DNA of 64,000 nucleotides from Ascoidea asiatica JCM 7603 (GCA_001600695.1 BCKQ01000003.1:1828392-1892391), one strand, 5' to 3'; positions 34,122 to 46,809 are shown, counted from the first letter of the stretch. A program made the numbers and translations. Notes: generated by a model not told the origin, from the letters alone.

Positions 34122-34841
34122 ATGTCTTCAACTACAACCGCTACTAATACAAATGAAAAATCTTCAAAAGATTTTCATTTAAGTTTAACTACTAATAATG
34201 ATAAACCAAATTATGCATTAAATAAAAATTCAACAATTAATGATTATTTAAAATTAAATAAAGATTGGGTATCAAAAATTAATAAATCTGAACCTGTAAT
34301 ATTTAATGAATGTTCCAAAGGTCAATCTCCACATACTTTATTTATTGGTTGTTCAGATTCAAGAATTAATGAAAATATTTTTAATAATTTAAAACCTGGT
34401 GAATTTTTTACAATGAATAATATTGCAAATATTGTTAATAATAAAAATGATATATCTTCAAAATCAATTTTAAGTTTTGCAATAAAAAATTTAAAAATTT
34501 CTAAAATTTTATTAGTTGGTCATACAGATTGTGGTGGTATAAAAGGTTCATTATCAATAAAAAATAAAAATGATAAAAAAAATTGTGATTTAAGTAATGA
34601 ATTAATAAATTGGTTAGATCCAATAATTGATTTAAAATTTAAAAATGAAAAATTTTTAAATCAATTTTCAAATATTAATGATAAATGTACAAAATTAGTT
34701 GAATTAAATATTAAATCTCAATTAAATTATTTAATAAATGAAAATAATGATGTTATTGAAGCTTTAAAAAATAATCAAATTCAAGTTCATGGTTTAATTT
34801 ATGATGTTTCAACAGGTTTATTAAAACAAATATCTCCTTAA
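34122..34841 (+). CDS. NCE103: Beta-class carbonic anhydrase
   Basis: GQSPHTLFIGCSDSR, NIAN, GHTDCGG zinc ligands, HGLIYDVSTG. First ATG is at 34122; the frame is open upstream to 33927. Confidence 0.95.
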   Translation: MSSTTTATNTNEKSSKDFHLSLTTNNDKPNYALNKNSTINDYLKLNKDWVSKINKSEPVIFNECSKGQSPHTLFIGCSDSRINENIFNNLKPGEFFTMNNIANIVNNKNDISSKSILSFAIKNLKISKILLVGHTDCGGIKGSLSIKNKNDKKNCDLSNELINWLDPIIDLKFKNEKFLNQFSNINDKCTKLVELNIKSQLNYLINENNDVIEALKNNQIQVHGLIYDVSTGLLKQISP

Positions 34842-35057
34842 AAAAAAAAAAAAAAAAAAAAAAAAAGCATTCTTTTAGATACTTACTTAATATTCTTAAT
34901 TTTTTCTTTTTATAATTTCTTTGTCAAAGATCTTGTAGTTGTCGTTCAGTCGTTCAGTCGTTATTTAATATTCATTTCCAATATTATATAGTACAGTACA
35001 ATATTGGATGAATTTGTATTAATCCGTAATTTAATGAGTTAGAGTTTATTATTATTA

Positions 35058-35157
<100 letters not shown>

Positions 35158-35307
35158 GTTATTATTGTTACGATTATTGTTATAATTATTAATATTACTT
35201 AATTTGAATTTAAAGTAGTTAAAGTATATAAATTAATAAATAAATAGATAAATAAATAGATAAATAAATAGAATTTAAAGAGATTATGATTAAAAAAAAG
35301 AGATTAA

Positions 35308-36185
35308 TTAAATATACTGAGATAACCATCTGAAACCTTCACCATAACCTTGTCTCATGACAACGGAACACATAAAAACTTCAATTGGTCTAACACCTTC
35401 TAAAGGAACTTTACCTTTACCAGTTGTTGAATATAAACCTAAAGCTTGTCTTAATTCATTTTCATTAACAGCTCTTGGAGAATCTATTTTATTACCAAGA
35501 ATTAAAAATGGAACTTTTGATAATTCTTCAATTGCAAATAAAGCATCTAATTCAGTTTTTGATTCTTGAAATCTTTCCATATCAGCAGCATCAACTAAAA
35601 AAACAATACCATTAACTTCAGGAAAATAATCTTTCCATAATCTTCTAGCTTGTTGATGACCACCTAAATCAAAAGTTGTAAATCTAATATTACCAATAGC
35701 TAATTCTTCACTTGTTGGATGTAAAGTTGGTTGTAAAGTTGCTAATCTATCATTTTTTAACATATGTAATAAAGTTGTTTTACCAGCATTATCTAAACCT
35801 AAGAATAACAATTTACCATGTTTATTCCATAAACCTAATTGTGATAAAATATCTTGAACTGTAATTTGATTAAAAAACAAAAAAAAAAAAAGTAGAAAAT
35901 AATGATAAAGTTAGTAAATGAAAACGAATTAGATTAAGATTTGATTACAATATATAATTAAGAATGTATTAATATCAAAAAGATCAAAGATCAAAGATCA
36001 AAACAGATTGAGATTGGAAATAAAATATTCAAATAAAAGTAATTCTTGATTTCTTTTTGAGTTTTTTTTAACTTTTTGATCTTTTATTTAATCTCTCATT
36101 TGATTTAAAAACAAGATCAATACATTGATTGATCAGAAAAATGGAAGCTGAGTTATAATTACATACACCAATTTAAAATCCACAT
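35308..36185 (-). CDS. SAR1: Sar1 GTPase, two exons: 36185-36167 and 35858-35308 (189 aa)
   Basis: Exon 1 ATGTGGATTTTAAATTGGT joined to exon 2 gives [16 protein letters not shown]; [18 protein letters not shown] motifs. Confidence 0.97.
35859..36166 (-). other. Spliceosomal intron of SAR1 (308 nt)
   Basis: GTATGT donor at 36166-36161, TACTAAC at 35916-35910, T-rich tract, CAG acceptor at 35861-35859; splicing restores the frame. Confidence 0.95.
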
Positions 36186-36520
36186 TATTAAAATATATTA
36201 TTGACTTTGATTACTGACTGAATATATTATGTTTTTTCAATATTTTCTAAAAAAAATGTAATTAAACAAAAATAAACAATTAAAGAAATGATTGAATTGA
36301 ATTTGTTTGAAAATGGAAATGAATATAAGGATAAAAAAGAATAATTAGGAATATTGGTGAAATGAATTGGCTTGTCACCCTGAGAAATCTCAGATACGCA
36401 CTTTACTCCCATAGTTAACAAGGCCAGAGTCCTCAGAGTGATAAGCAGTAAAAAACTTAACTGCTAACAAAAGCGGCAGTGTTAAAACTCCCGAGAGAGA
36501 AACAGAGCAGCTGACGGGAA

Positions 36521-36597
36521 CACGTGACTAAGCTCCTGCCAAAGGGCAGCTTCAAGTGTCGTGGCCAGAACAAACTTGCAGGGAAGTGGTTACCCGG
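36521..36597. promoter_or_regulatory. Cbf1-type CACGTGAC (36521) and Reb1-type TTACCCGG (36590) in the divergent SAR1/NDUFA8 promoter
   Basis: Exact matches to yeast general regulatory factor consensus sites inside a GC-rich island. Confidence 0.55.
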
Positions 36598-37146
36598 GGT
36601 GAAGGCCTGGTGGGTGGACTGCATTGCCACACTCACTAGCCATGTTGTGTGGATAGTAATAAAAAAGACCCGTAATGCTGGTCTCCCCTGGTAGTCAGGT
36701 GACCGCATATGCTAAGCTCTCAGATGTTCAGCAGTAGAAAAATATAGCCGTGTAATTATCAGAACCAACCACCGCCAATGCTTTTCCTGTTATTAATGAA
36801 TGGACTTCTGAATGGCCGACACTGTCAAATATGATATGGTTAATGGATATTACTGAGAGAGCTGAATTAACTGGAGAAGGAGACTGAAATAGTGAATTAG
36901 TGAAATATATATTGAAATTATTACAATTATAATCATAATTATACTGGAATTGAAATTGAAATTGGGATTGAGATCAAGATTAAGATTAAGATTAAGATTA
37001 AGATTAAAATCTTTATTGGTGACTTTTTGTGTAATCTAAAGATAATTATTCTCAAATAAAGAATTAGACAAGGTGAATCAGGATTTATTATACTACTGAT
37101 AAATAAACAGAATAAAGAAAAAGAAGAAATTTATTAATTGATTAAA

Positions 37147-37680
37147 ATGTCTTTTGGAAGAGAAGCAAATTTACCTTATGGTATGGAAGTTGATCCAGCT
37201 CCATTACCTGATTCAATTCCAAAAGTTGAAGAAGTTGGAGCTTCTTCAGCTCCTTTAGCTTCCGCTTCTTTTTTCATTGGTGCAAGATGTTTACCTTATA
37301 ATGATGATTTTATGTTATGTAAAAAAGAAAATGGTTCAAAAAATGGTAATAGTGAATTAAATTGTCTTAAAGAAGGTAGAAAAGTAACAAGATGTGCTTC
37401 TTCTGTTATATCTGATATTAATAATTATTGTTCAGATTCTTTTAAATTACATTGGAAATGTCTTGAAAATAATAATCATGAATTTAAAAATTGTAGAAAA
37501 GCAGAATTATTATTTAATAATTGTGTATTTAAAAATTTAAAATTATCTAAAGAAATACCTGGTACTCAAATAGGTGAAAAACAAATCTTTTTAAAAGAAA
37601 ATCCTTTATATAAACCATATATTGAAGATCATGATTCTATAGTTGCTTTTAATAAAGCAAAATCTCAAGGAAAAATTTAA
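37147..37680 (+). CDS. Complex I accessory subunit NDUFA8/NUPM
   Basis: Four CX9C motifs; SAPLASASFFIGARCLPYNDDFMLC, CLKEGRKVTRCA. ATG at 37147. Confidence 0.93.
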   Translation: MSFGREANLPYGMEVDPAPLPDSIPKVEEVGASSAPLASASFFIGARCLPYNDDFMLCKKENGSKNGNSELNCLKEGRKVTRCASSVISDINNYCSDSFKLHWKCLENNNHEFKNCRKAELLFNNCVFKNLKLSKEIPGTQIGEKQIFLKENPLYKPYIEDHDSIVAFNKAKSQGKI

Positions 37681-37935
37681 TATCTTTAATATCTTCAATA
37701 AATCAACTAACTATAAATTATGAATTTATATTCTTTAATCTAATCCATATCTGTTTCAAAAATTTACTGTTTTTTTTAACTTTGGATAAAATAATTCTTT
37801 AAACCCTTTATTCTTTGAATATTAAAGTCTTTAATTCATTTGACTCAAATTAAGACAGCTTAGCATATTATAATTTAGTATATTATAATATAGCATATAA
37901 CATATAATACAAAACAATTTAATAAAATAATCTAC

Positions 37936-39300
37936 TTAACGAGATACGTAAACTGTTCCATTACTCATACTACCAATAAATTTAAAATCTTCATCCTCAT
38001 CATCATCATCATCATTATTTTCTCCATTATCATTTTCTAAATCACCAAATTTTCTTTTATTTCTTAATAATTCTTTTTCTTGGATTTCAATATTGATTTT
38101 TTTTTGAAAATTCATTGCATCTAATTTAATCTTTAATTTTTCACCACATGGTAAAAATTCAATTAAATTTTCTGGGGTTGGTCCAATAATATCAAATTTA
38201 TCATCTAAAAGTTCATCAATTTCATTACTTTTAATTTTATTTATATCTAAATCATTTTCGCTTTTATTATTGCTGTTATTATTGTTATTTTTAATAATTT
38301 CATTAATATCTTTAGTTATATATTTATTTATATTTAAAATTGTTGGATTAAATACTTCCTTGTAATTAACATTTGACTGATTTTTTGATTGGGCTCTTAA
38401 TGTAAATTTTAACCAATCTTTAGATATTTCCTCTTTTTCTTTTTCATCATCATATTCACAATTATTTATATTTTTATTACTATTATTATTCATTTTATTA
38501 TTATTTATAATATTCTCTTCCGAAAATCCTATACTATTATCACGAATATGTGTTTCTCTATCATTATTATTAATATTATTAATATTATCAATATTAAAAG
38601 TATCTTTACTATTAATTACTGAAAAAGAAAGTGCAGATGGTGTTGAAGGAGTAATTGGTATTGGAGAATTTGGAATATTAAAGCTATTAAAAGTATTATT
38701 ACTATTATTATTTTTAAAATAATAATTTAAATTCATTACTGAAGATTGAATAGATTTAGGTAAATTTGATAAATTATTTAATAAATTATGATGATGAATA
38801 TGATGAGGGTTATTTGAATGTTTTGCAGCTTTATTTATATAATTCATCATTATTGTTTCTGAATTAGATAATGTAGGTATTGCAACATTATTATTTTCTA
38901 TCGGTACATTTTTCAATTCTTCTAACATTTCATTTGTTGGTTTAGTTGCAATTTTTGAATTTTTAAAAATTTTATTGTTTAATATCCAATCTTTAAAATT
39001 TTCCATTCCTATAACATTTGAACTATCTAAATCATAACAATCTAATAATTTAGATAGTTTAATATCTCCATGAATAATCAATGCTTGTGAAAGATCTTGA
39101 ATAAGAATTTGTGAAGAAAGTCGATTATCTATATTTGCCAATTGAATAGTTTTTAATGTTAATTGAGATAAATGTCGTATATATAATTCAACAATTACAT
39201 CTATTGTTCCAACTGAAGATCTATTAAATCCAACAGATTTAAGTATTTGAATTATGGATATTCTAAGCAAAGCATAAAAAAAAGATGAAGGAGAAGCCAT
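37936..39300 (-). CDS. TAF3: TFIID subunit Taf3 (N-terminal histone fold)
   Basis: FFYALLRISIIQILKSVGF...VELYIRHL resembles the yeast Taf3 N-terminus; the rest is Asn-rich. Confidence 0.82.
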   Translation of the reverse strand: MASPSSFFYALLRISIIQILKSVGFNRSSVGTIDVIVELYIRHLSQLTLKTIQLANIDNRLSSQILIQDLSQALIIHGDIKLSKLLDCYDLDSSNVIGMENFKDWILNNKIFKNSKIATKPTNEMLEELKNVPIENNNVAIPTLSNSETIMMNYINKAAKHSNNPHHIHHHNLLNNLSNLPKSIQSSVMNLNYYFKNNNSNNTFNSFNIPNSPIPITPSTPSALSFSVINSKDTFNIDNINNINNNDRETHIRDNSIGFSEENIINNNKMNNNSNKNINNCEYDDEKEKEEISKDWLKFTLRAQSKNQSNVNYKEVFNPTILNINKYITKDINEIIKNNNNNSNNKSENDLDINKIKSNEIDELLDDKFDIIGPTPENLIEFLPCGEKLKIKLDAMNFQKKINIEIQEKELLRNKRKFGDLENDNGENNDDDDDEDEDFKFIGSMSNGTVYVSR

Positions 39301-39728
39301 TGTATTAAGCTCAATACCAGTTCTATAGAATCTATACTCTAATTATACTACTTTTTTTATTTCACTATTTCTTTTCTATTTGTATTTATTCTTTAATTCA
39401 ATCAGCTTCATCAACAATACTCAAATATTCAATTATTCTTCAATTCACTGGCAAAATAAACTCAAATAAACTCAGAAAATGATAAATTCATTACCGTAGT
39501 AAAAGAAAGAATCCGCAGACAGGATATAATCCGGGCATATCAACTTTCCCCGGAAAAGCGTTACTTTAATGCTGCTGAATTCTTAGCTGGAGATTTGCTC
39601 TTGAAAATCTCGATGTCAAATGACTTACTATTTGAAAAAAAGGGTATAGTCAAAGAATATTAAATTGCATTTATTTTAGTGAAGTATAGTCTAATTTAAA
39701 TTATATGATCATCAAAGTTTTCTACTAG

Positions 39729-40598
39729 CTATTTAAGGTTTGGTACCTTTATTTGATCCATATCAAATTTTTTGCAAATTGAATCTTCTAATACCTTTGT
39801 TGGTAATAATCTACTCATAGAAATATATGTTCCGGCTTTAGCACCTTCAAACAATTGAAAACTATTAACTGAAGAACTTAAAATTTTATCTACTACCCTT
39901 TGGGCATAGACAGATGGTTCCATAGCTTTACCATCCTTCAAAACTGCTTTTCTTTTTAAGAAACTATGCTTACCTTCCTCGGTTGAGAATATTGAACTTT
40001 CAGATAAAGGAGTTGGATCTGATAAATTTGTATTAATTGCACCAGTTACAACATTTAAAACTTTTACATCAAATAATTTCATTTCCAAATGAAGAACTCT
40101 AGCATATTGATTTAAAGCAGCTTTTGTTGAACAATATATAGAACCAAATGGCATTGGTAATTCACCAGTTACGGAACCTGTAAATACAATTGTACCTTTT
40201 GCTTTTATAACCAAATCAACAAATTCTCTAACCATTTTAATTGGACCAAAAGTGTTTACATTGAAAGCTTTTTCTAAATATTCATCAGATGGGTCAGTTG
40301 CAGGTAAAGTTACAGCAATTCCAGCATTATTGTATAAATAATCAATTTTTTCAATTTTAAAATCTTCAATAAGTTTTTTTTTTAAATATTTAATTGCACT
40401 TGTTTTAGTAACATCACAAAATAATGGAATTATATCTAAATCAGTATTTAAATATGGATTTTTATTTTCATCTTTCATATTTTCATCATTAAAAACAATA
40501 TCAGTTGCAAATACTCTATAACCTTTTTTAGCAAATTCGATTGTTAAACAATTTCCAATTCCTGTTGCAGAACCAGTTATTAAGACAGTAGTAGTCAT
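39729..40598 (-). CDS. AYR1: Short-chain dehydrogenase, Ayr1-like (1-acyl-DHAP reductase)
   Basis: TGSATGIG, YLYNNAG, NVNTFGP, GTIVFTGS, YCSTK, LHLEMKLFDVKV. Confidence 0.8.
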   Translation of the reverse strand: MTTTVLITGSATGIGNCLTIEFAKKGYRVFATDIVFNDENMKDENKNPYLNTDLDIIPLFCDVTKTSAIKYLKKKLIEDFKIEKIDYLYNNAGIAVTLPATDPSDEYLEKAFNVNTFGPIKMVREFVDLVIKAKGTIVFTGSVTGELPMPFGSIYCSTKAALNQYARVLHLEMKLFDVKVLNVVTGAINTNLSDPTPLSESSIFSTEEGKHSFLKRKAVLKDGKAMEPSVYAQRVVDKILSSSVNSFQLFEGAKAGTYISMSRLLPTKVLEDSICKKFDMDQIKVPNLK

Positions 40599-43357
40599 TT
40601 TGAAATAAGATTTTTTAAAAAAATAAAATTGAAAGAAGGTTTGAAAAATAAAAGATATTTGAATAATCTCAAATCTTGATCAGCTTTCAATGATTATTTA
40701 TAATAAATTGTTGAAAACAAAATATATATAAATAAAAAGAATTACTTAGCTTTCTAGAAAGATTTCTTTGAAATAATTACGTTATTACCGTTCTGAAGGA
40801 TTCAATTGAATCGTAGAATTAAAGATCCATAAATATTCACAAACTTAATTCTAAAAATCTATTTATATTGCTGTCTTTTCCGAACATTTTGATAATAAAG
40901 GTGTTTCCTAAATTAATCTGGTCTCACTCAATAGTAAACTTGCACTAACAAGACAAAAAGTTTATCCGTAATCAGGACAAACAGCCTGCTTTGGATTTAC
41001 ATTCATATTCAGGACCCCGGATCTGAGCTTTACCTTTTTGCCAATTTAGATTCGACCTGGGATACTTGGAAGTGGCAAATCACCATAAAATTTTTGCAGA
41101 AACTTCCTTTATTCTTAATACAATTGTTCTACTTATAACTGTTAATTAGATTCAATTTTAAATCTAATCTATTATTCAATTAATCATATTTTTATCAAGG
41201 CTATATTAATCAAAACTATTCTCAATTTTATATAGATAGACAAATTTTTGTTACAGCATATGTGCTTCTTTAGGCGAATAATAAATTAATAATTATACAA
41301 AGAAGTAGTTGTAAGTTTGTTTAAAAAAAAATAATAATATATTTCATAATTATCCATACTATATTTTAAAAATAAGAAACATATTCCCAGTTCGGTTTTA
41401 GGACAAAAGTCCTTCAAAAACTTTTAAGAATACGAGAGCTGTAAATATAAGCTCTTCTTAATTTCTATACATTAGAAAATCAGAAGATTCTAAATTTTGA
41501 GGTAGGATTTTTAGGTTAAATTGAACATCAGCCGATTTTATTACAATTATTTTTCTGGTAATTATAACTACTGATAAAAGAGTGAAGTTAAGTAACTTTA
41601 AAATATCAAAGTACAGAAAAATTTTAAGGCATTAAATTCCATTTAAAGAGGTTTTGTGAGAGTTTGGGGTACATTTTAAGAATACAAAAATCAACAAGCG
41701 ATGAAAGTGTTCGCTAAGATCAAGAGAAACCGCAAAATATAAATATTGCTGAAATATATGTGTGAAGTGAGACCATAAAAAGGGTTAGCGAACAAGCATG
41801 CGCCACTGCCGTCTGGTTTCTAATGGATACGGGTCAGAAAGTTGCCTCCTAGGGCGGAAGATTCACACCACTTCTGAACCCGAGGCTAAGCCGCTTGCGT
41901 GGTTGAGAAGCAGAGCCTGCAGCAAACATAACATTACGTATTATGTGGGAAACTCTTGAATGTTTGGGCCCGAACCGGATCCCGTGTAGATATTCAGATC
42001 TGGGTTAAATGTGTGGTAGATTTTGCTTACGGAGATATCTGGAGATCTGGTAAGATCTTTGGCACGTAACCTAGCATTGATAAACCTAAGGTTAAGTGAC
42101 CACGAAGCCCGCTACCTAGGCCTATTGTCAGATATATTGCACATTCTTTGGTTATTCAAATTTTCAAAAAACAATGCTTAAGAAATATTACGTACAAATC
42201 CTGGAGCGAGTGAATAACAATAATAAAAATAAATTAATAATATGTTAATGCTAACCATAGAATAGTGATAGTGATACAGATAATAATATTATTCCAAAGA
42301 TCATATAAATAATAATAACAGTCCATCTATTATTTCTGCAAACCTGAGCTTGAATATTCTATCTAATTGAAGTATTCACACCATTACAATACATTATTTC
42401 TCAGTCTCTTTTCTTTGCTTCTCTGTTTCTTTATTTCATTTATTAATATTTATTATAAATATTTCCTTCACAAGACTTCTTTAGAAATATTTCAATAATC
42501 GTTAATCATCTATTTCATCTTTCTTATTTCATATTTCATATTTCATATTTATCAAAATTAGCTACAATTTCATTTTTTGTTTCATTTAATTTTACTTTTT
42601 GCGTTTACTGTTCTTTTTCATTTTATTTTCAATTTTTAAATTGCTCTTTTTTCCTTTAAATTTTCCAATTTTGGCTTGATAGTTTCCCCTTATAATTTAA
42701 ATAATTATATTAAAAAATCAAATTCAAATTCAAATTAGGTTAAATAAAGTATACTTATTACAGTACTGTTTATTTTTTTTATTTTAATTAGTCTTAAATC
42801 ATAGTAAATGAAATGATAACTATAAAATTCTTATATTGATCAATTTTATTAATAAATCAAAATAATTCCAATCAATTTCTTTATCTTAAATTAAATCATT
42901 TAATATAGTCAATCTCCCCTACACATTTCAATATAATTATATAATTATATTATCAGTGTTATTATTATTATCATATAATATTATATTATTTTTCATATAA
43001 AATATTTATTAATTATTATTTATCTTAATTTTCTTTTTAAGATTTTATTTTTTCAAAAGACTTAGTGTCTATAAATCTAATTTAATCCAAACATAAATCA
43101 AATTTAAATCAAATCTAAATCAAATTTATTTGTTTAAAATCTTTAATACAAAACTTTTAAATATTCCAAATATTCAAAGAGGAGAACATAATCATACTAA
43201 AATCAAATATCATCCAGAGTCTATTATCCAATAATAATCAAGCATATATTAATATTGAAACTCACTTATTAAATTCAATAATATTATTTTTATTTTGTTT
43301 TATTCTAGTTCATTTCATTTTAATTCAAATTTATAATTTTTTTGCCTTTTAGTCTCT

Positions 43358-44944
43358 ATGAATTCAAATAATATAATTGACGATATCACTGACAATAATA
43401 ATAATAACAATAATAGCATCTTTAATAATAACAATAGTAAACAAATTTCTAATAATACTTTACTAAATAAATCTTCAATCGAAACTCTTAGACAAGATCA
43501 AAGTTCTAATTTTAATTCAAATTCAGATATTTTATCAAAAGAAGTCAATATCACTAATACAACTTCAAATAATATTTCTTCAACAACTGATTCAATAAAT
43601 TTAAATATCGATAAACAATCACTTATTCCTTCAGATTCTTCAATGATTTCAAACCGTTCAAACGTATCAATTTATCCATCTACAGGTTTATCTGGTTTAA
43701 CAACAACATCTGCAATAGTAGCAACAACAACATCAACAACTGCTCCATCAACTTCAGATCTTTTTAGAAAACCACAATCAACGTCAATATCAAGAATTGA
43801 TTTATCAAATAATACTAAAATTTATTCTGCGTCTTTACTTTCAAATAATATTCTTAATAATCCTTCAAAAAATAAAATTGCAGAAAGATTAGCAGAACTA
43901 TTACCTTCACCTCCTTTAGCTTATGCACAAATTAGAACAGAAGCTTTACAACCTCAACCATCAAGACGTGCAAGGAGAAGATCGAAATATACTGCCGAAC
44001 AAGATGAATTAATCGTTTCTTTAAAAAAAGGTGGAAGAAGTTGGGCTGATATAGCAGAAGCAACTGGTGTTGATAGTTTTCTTGCCGCAAGAAATAGATA
44101 TCAAGTATTAATTGGTCAACAAGGAGGAGGTGCAGCTGCTTGGGGAAGTGAAGATGCAACTGCTTTACAAGCTTTATTAGATGAAGGTGAAAGAGAAAAA
44201 TGGAAATTTATTTCAAGAGAAATTCATAAAGCAACTGGAAAAAGATTCACAGATATTCAATGTCAAACAATTGTTAGACAATTATTTTGGAAAGATTCTT
44301 CAAATTTTGCAATTACAGAAGAGGTTGTTGATCAATATTTGAATGAGATCAAAGGTCGTAATGGTACAAATAATAAAAAAGCAAATACTCATCCTGCAAG
44401 TCATCATCAAAATATTCATAACCAAAGAAGTAGACATGGTTTATCTACTCCAGCTTCTTTAAAACCTCAGATTCAATTGCCTCATCATAGTAATAACACA
44501 AATAACTTACAAGAGAATTTTCTTTTTCTCTCAGATTCTTCAAATTCTAATTCTAATACTAATTCTACTACAACAACAGCAGCAGTAGCAGCTACTACTG
44601 CAAATAATAATAATAATAGCAATAGTAATATTATCAGCTCAAGTACTAATTCAACCATTTCTACCAATATCAACAATCATAACAATAGTCATAACAGTGG
44701 TAGTAATAACAATACAAATTCCGGCAATAATAATCCAACACCAGTTAATGGAAATAATAATATTAGTACCACAAATGGAAATGAAACATTTTACTCAATG
44801 CCACCACCTCAAATAGGTCAAACTCAATTTTCTGGAAGTAATCACTATCCATATCATGGGAATGTTGTGAATTCAGGAACATCAACAAACTCAGGATTAT
44901 TGAATAATTCATTTAATTTCACAAATTTAGGAGATCAAAGTTAA
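43358..44944 (+). CDS. AAF1: Myb/SANT-like regulator resembling Candida adherence factor Aaf1
   Basis: RRSKYTAEQDELIVSLKKGGRSWADIAE..FLAARNRYQVLIGQQG..EKWKFISREI..QLFW core (family recalled from memory) flanked by Asn/Ser/Thr low complexity. Confidence 0.7.
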   Translation: MNSNNIIDDITDNNNNNNNSIFNNNNSKQISNNTLLNKSSIETLRQDQSSNFNSNSDILSKEVNITNTTSNNISSTTDSINLNIDKQSLIPSDSSMISNRSNVSIYPSTGLSGLTTTSAIVATTTSTTAPSTSDLFRKPQSTSISRIDLSNNTKIYSASLLSNNILNNPSKNKIAERLAELLPSPPLAYAQIRTEALQPQPSRRARRRSKYTAEQDELIVSLKKGGRSWADIAEATGVDSFLAARNRYQVLIGQQGGGAAAWGSEDATALQALLDEGEREKWKFISREIHKATGKRFTDIQCQTIVRQLFWKDSSNFAITEEVVDQYLNEIKGRNGTNNKKANTHPASHHQNIHNQRSRHGLSTPASLKPQIQLPHHSNNTNNLQENFLFLSDSSNSNSNTNSTTTTAAVAATTANNNNNSNSNIISSSTNSTISTNINNHNNSHNSGSNNNTNSGNNNPTPVNGNNNISTTNGNETFYSMPPPQIGQTQFSGSNHYPYHGNVVNSGTSTNSGLLNNSFNFTNLGDQS

Positions 44945-45733
44945 ATAGTCTTTTTTTTTCTTTTTTCTTTTTTCTTTCTTGATTGTTTTTTATCTTAAGG
45001 ATTTTGATATAATTTTTTTTTAATTTTAATATTCTATTTTATGAGTAAATATATTTTTAGACTTTTGAATATTTTTTGTAAAAGTTTTTTTAAGTTTTTT
45101 AAGTTATTTCACTTTTCATATATATAACATTTTTTTCTTGTGTCTGTTTTATTTTATTTATATATTTATTCATTTTATTTCATTTTATTTTGTTTAAATT
45201 TATATTTAGTTTGTTTAGTTTATTAAATTAGTCTATTTACATATTTAATTTTTTGTTTTGTTTATTTAGTTTGTTTATGGATATGATTCCTTATATTATA
45301 TTAATATTTTTTTCAATATCAAATTATTTTCTATTAAATTATTATTAAAGAAATTATTATTTAAGAAATTATTATTTATCATATTGATTTTTTTTATTTT
45401 ATGTTATTTTTTTTGATATTATTCATTCATTTATCATATTATTATATTATTATTTATTATTTATTATTTATTATTTATATAATTATGTAGAATAGAATTT
45501 TAAAGTTATTTCAAATATACGTGAGGTTATACAATTTTAAATTGTTATTTTACATTTATGAATTACGAAATAAAATTTATTGAATAAAAATGTAATTTTA
45601 ATTGTAATTATTTTTTGATATAAAAAAAAGTTTCTAAATACATAAATTACTTTATATCTAATCTATATTTTTTTTTTTTTATTTGATTTTAATTAAATAA
45701 TGAGTTATAGAATTTAAGAAATTATTATTCTAA

Positions 45734-46339
45734 TTAAAACTTTTGAATAGTTTCAAAGAAAGTTTTACCTTGAATAAAAGCAACTTCTAATTCTAATTTT
45801 GAAGGTGATCTTGAACCATCAGCACCAGCAAAAGTACCAGCACCCCAAGCAGAACCACCATGAATTTCAGTTAAATTACTTAATAAAGCAAAAGTATTTT
45901 TATAACCTAAAGGAACAAAAATCATACCATGATGAACTAAAGTTGACATAGCATTTAAAACAGTAACTTCTTGACCACCACCTTGAGTACCAGTTGAAAC
46001 AAAAATTCCTGCAGGTTTTTGAGCTAAAGCACCAGTTGCCCATAAACCACCAGTTTGATCCCAAAAAGATTTCCATTGAGCAGGAAAATTACCAAATCTT
46101 GTTGGAATACCAAATAAGAAAGCATCATATTTTTCTAAAACTGAAATATCTGCAATTGGAATATCAGTTGGTTTTGGAGGAGCATGCATTAATTCTAAAA
46201 CATTTCCTGGTAAAGTTTCTGGAACTTGAAATAAATCAGCTTCACCACCAGCAGCTTCAACACCTTTTTTAATTTCTTTTGCCATGGTTAAAACATGAGT
46301 ATACATTGAGTAATAAATAATTGCAATTTTTGGAGCCAT
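45734..46339 (-). CDS. PST2: Flavodoxin-like NAD(P)H:quinone oxidoreductase (WrbA family)
   Basis: [44 protein letters not shown]. It lacks the long Ycp4-type tail. Confidence 0.93.
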   Translation of the reverse strand: MAPKIAIIYYSMYTHVLTMAKEIKKGVEAAGGEADLFQVPETLPGNVLELMHAPPKPTDIPIADISVLEKYDAFLFGIPTRFGNFPAQWKSFWDQTGGLWATGALAQKPAGIFVSTGTQGGGQEVTVLNAMSTLVHHGMIFVPLGYKNTFALLSNLTEIHGGSAWGAGTFAGADGSRSPSKLELEVAFIQGKTFFETIQKF

Positions 46340-46809
46340 TTTTGAATAGTTGAAAACTGAAATAGTGAATGATATAAGATAAGATAAGATAAAATAAAAT
46401 AGTATAAATATTAGGAAATTCTATGGTGATTTTATTCAAATGAGTGATTGAGTCAATTGAAAAAGATAGTTAAAAGAGAATTATGATAAACAATTATTTC
46501 AATTAAAAGTAGATAGAATCAAAAGGTTTTATATATACTTTAATGTTATGAAATAAATAAAATTATCTATTAACACTCCCTACCATTACTGACATTATTT
46601 ACTAGCATTACCACCATTACCACATAATTACCAATCTCGGTTTTATGAATTTGAAAATTGATAATCATTGGTAAGCATCGCTCACGTAAGCGCTGAGTCA
46701 TATAATAAAGGATTGACCAGAAGCGGATAAATAAAAGTAAAGCACGTGACTAACCCGGATTTAAATAAAAATAAATTTCATGCTCGATCCAACATATGAC
46801 CGCAGCACA

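Noticed and set aside
36370-36830. GC islands (this one and others) as snRNA/SRP/RNase MRP genes or small ORFs
   Set aside because: No conserved RNA signature was recognised; position and TF motifs fit promoters.
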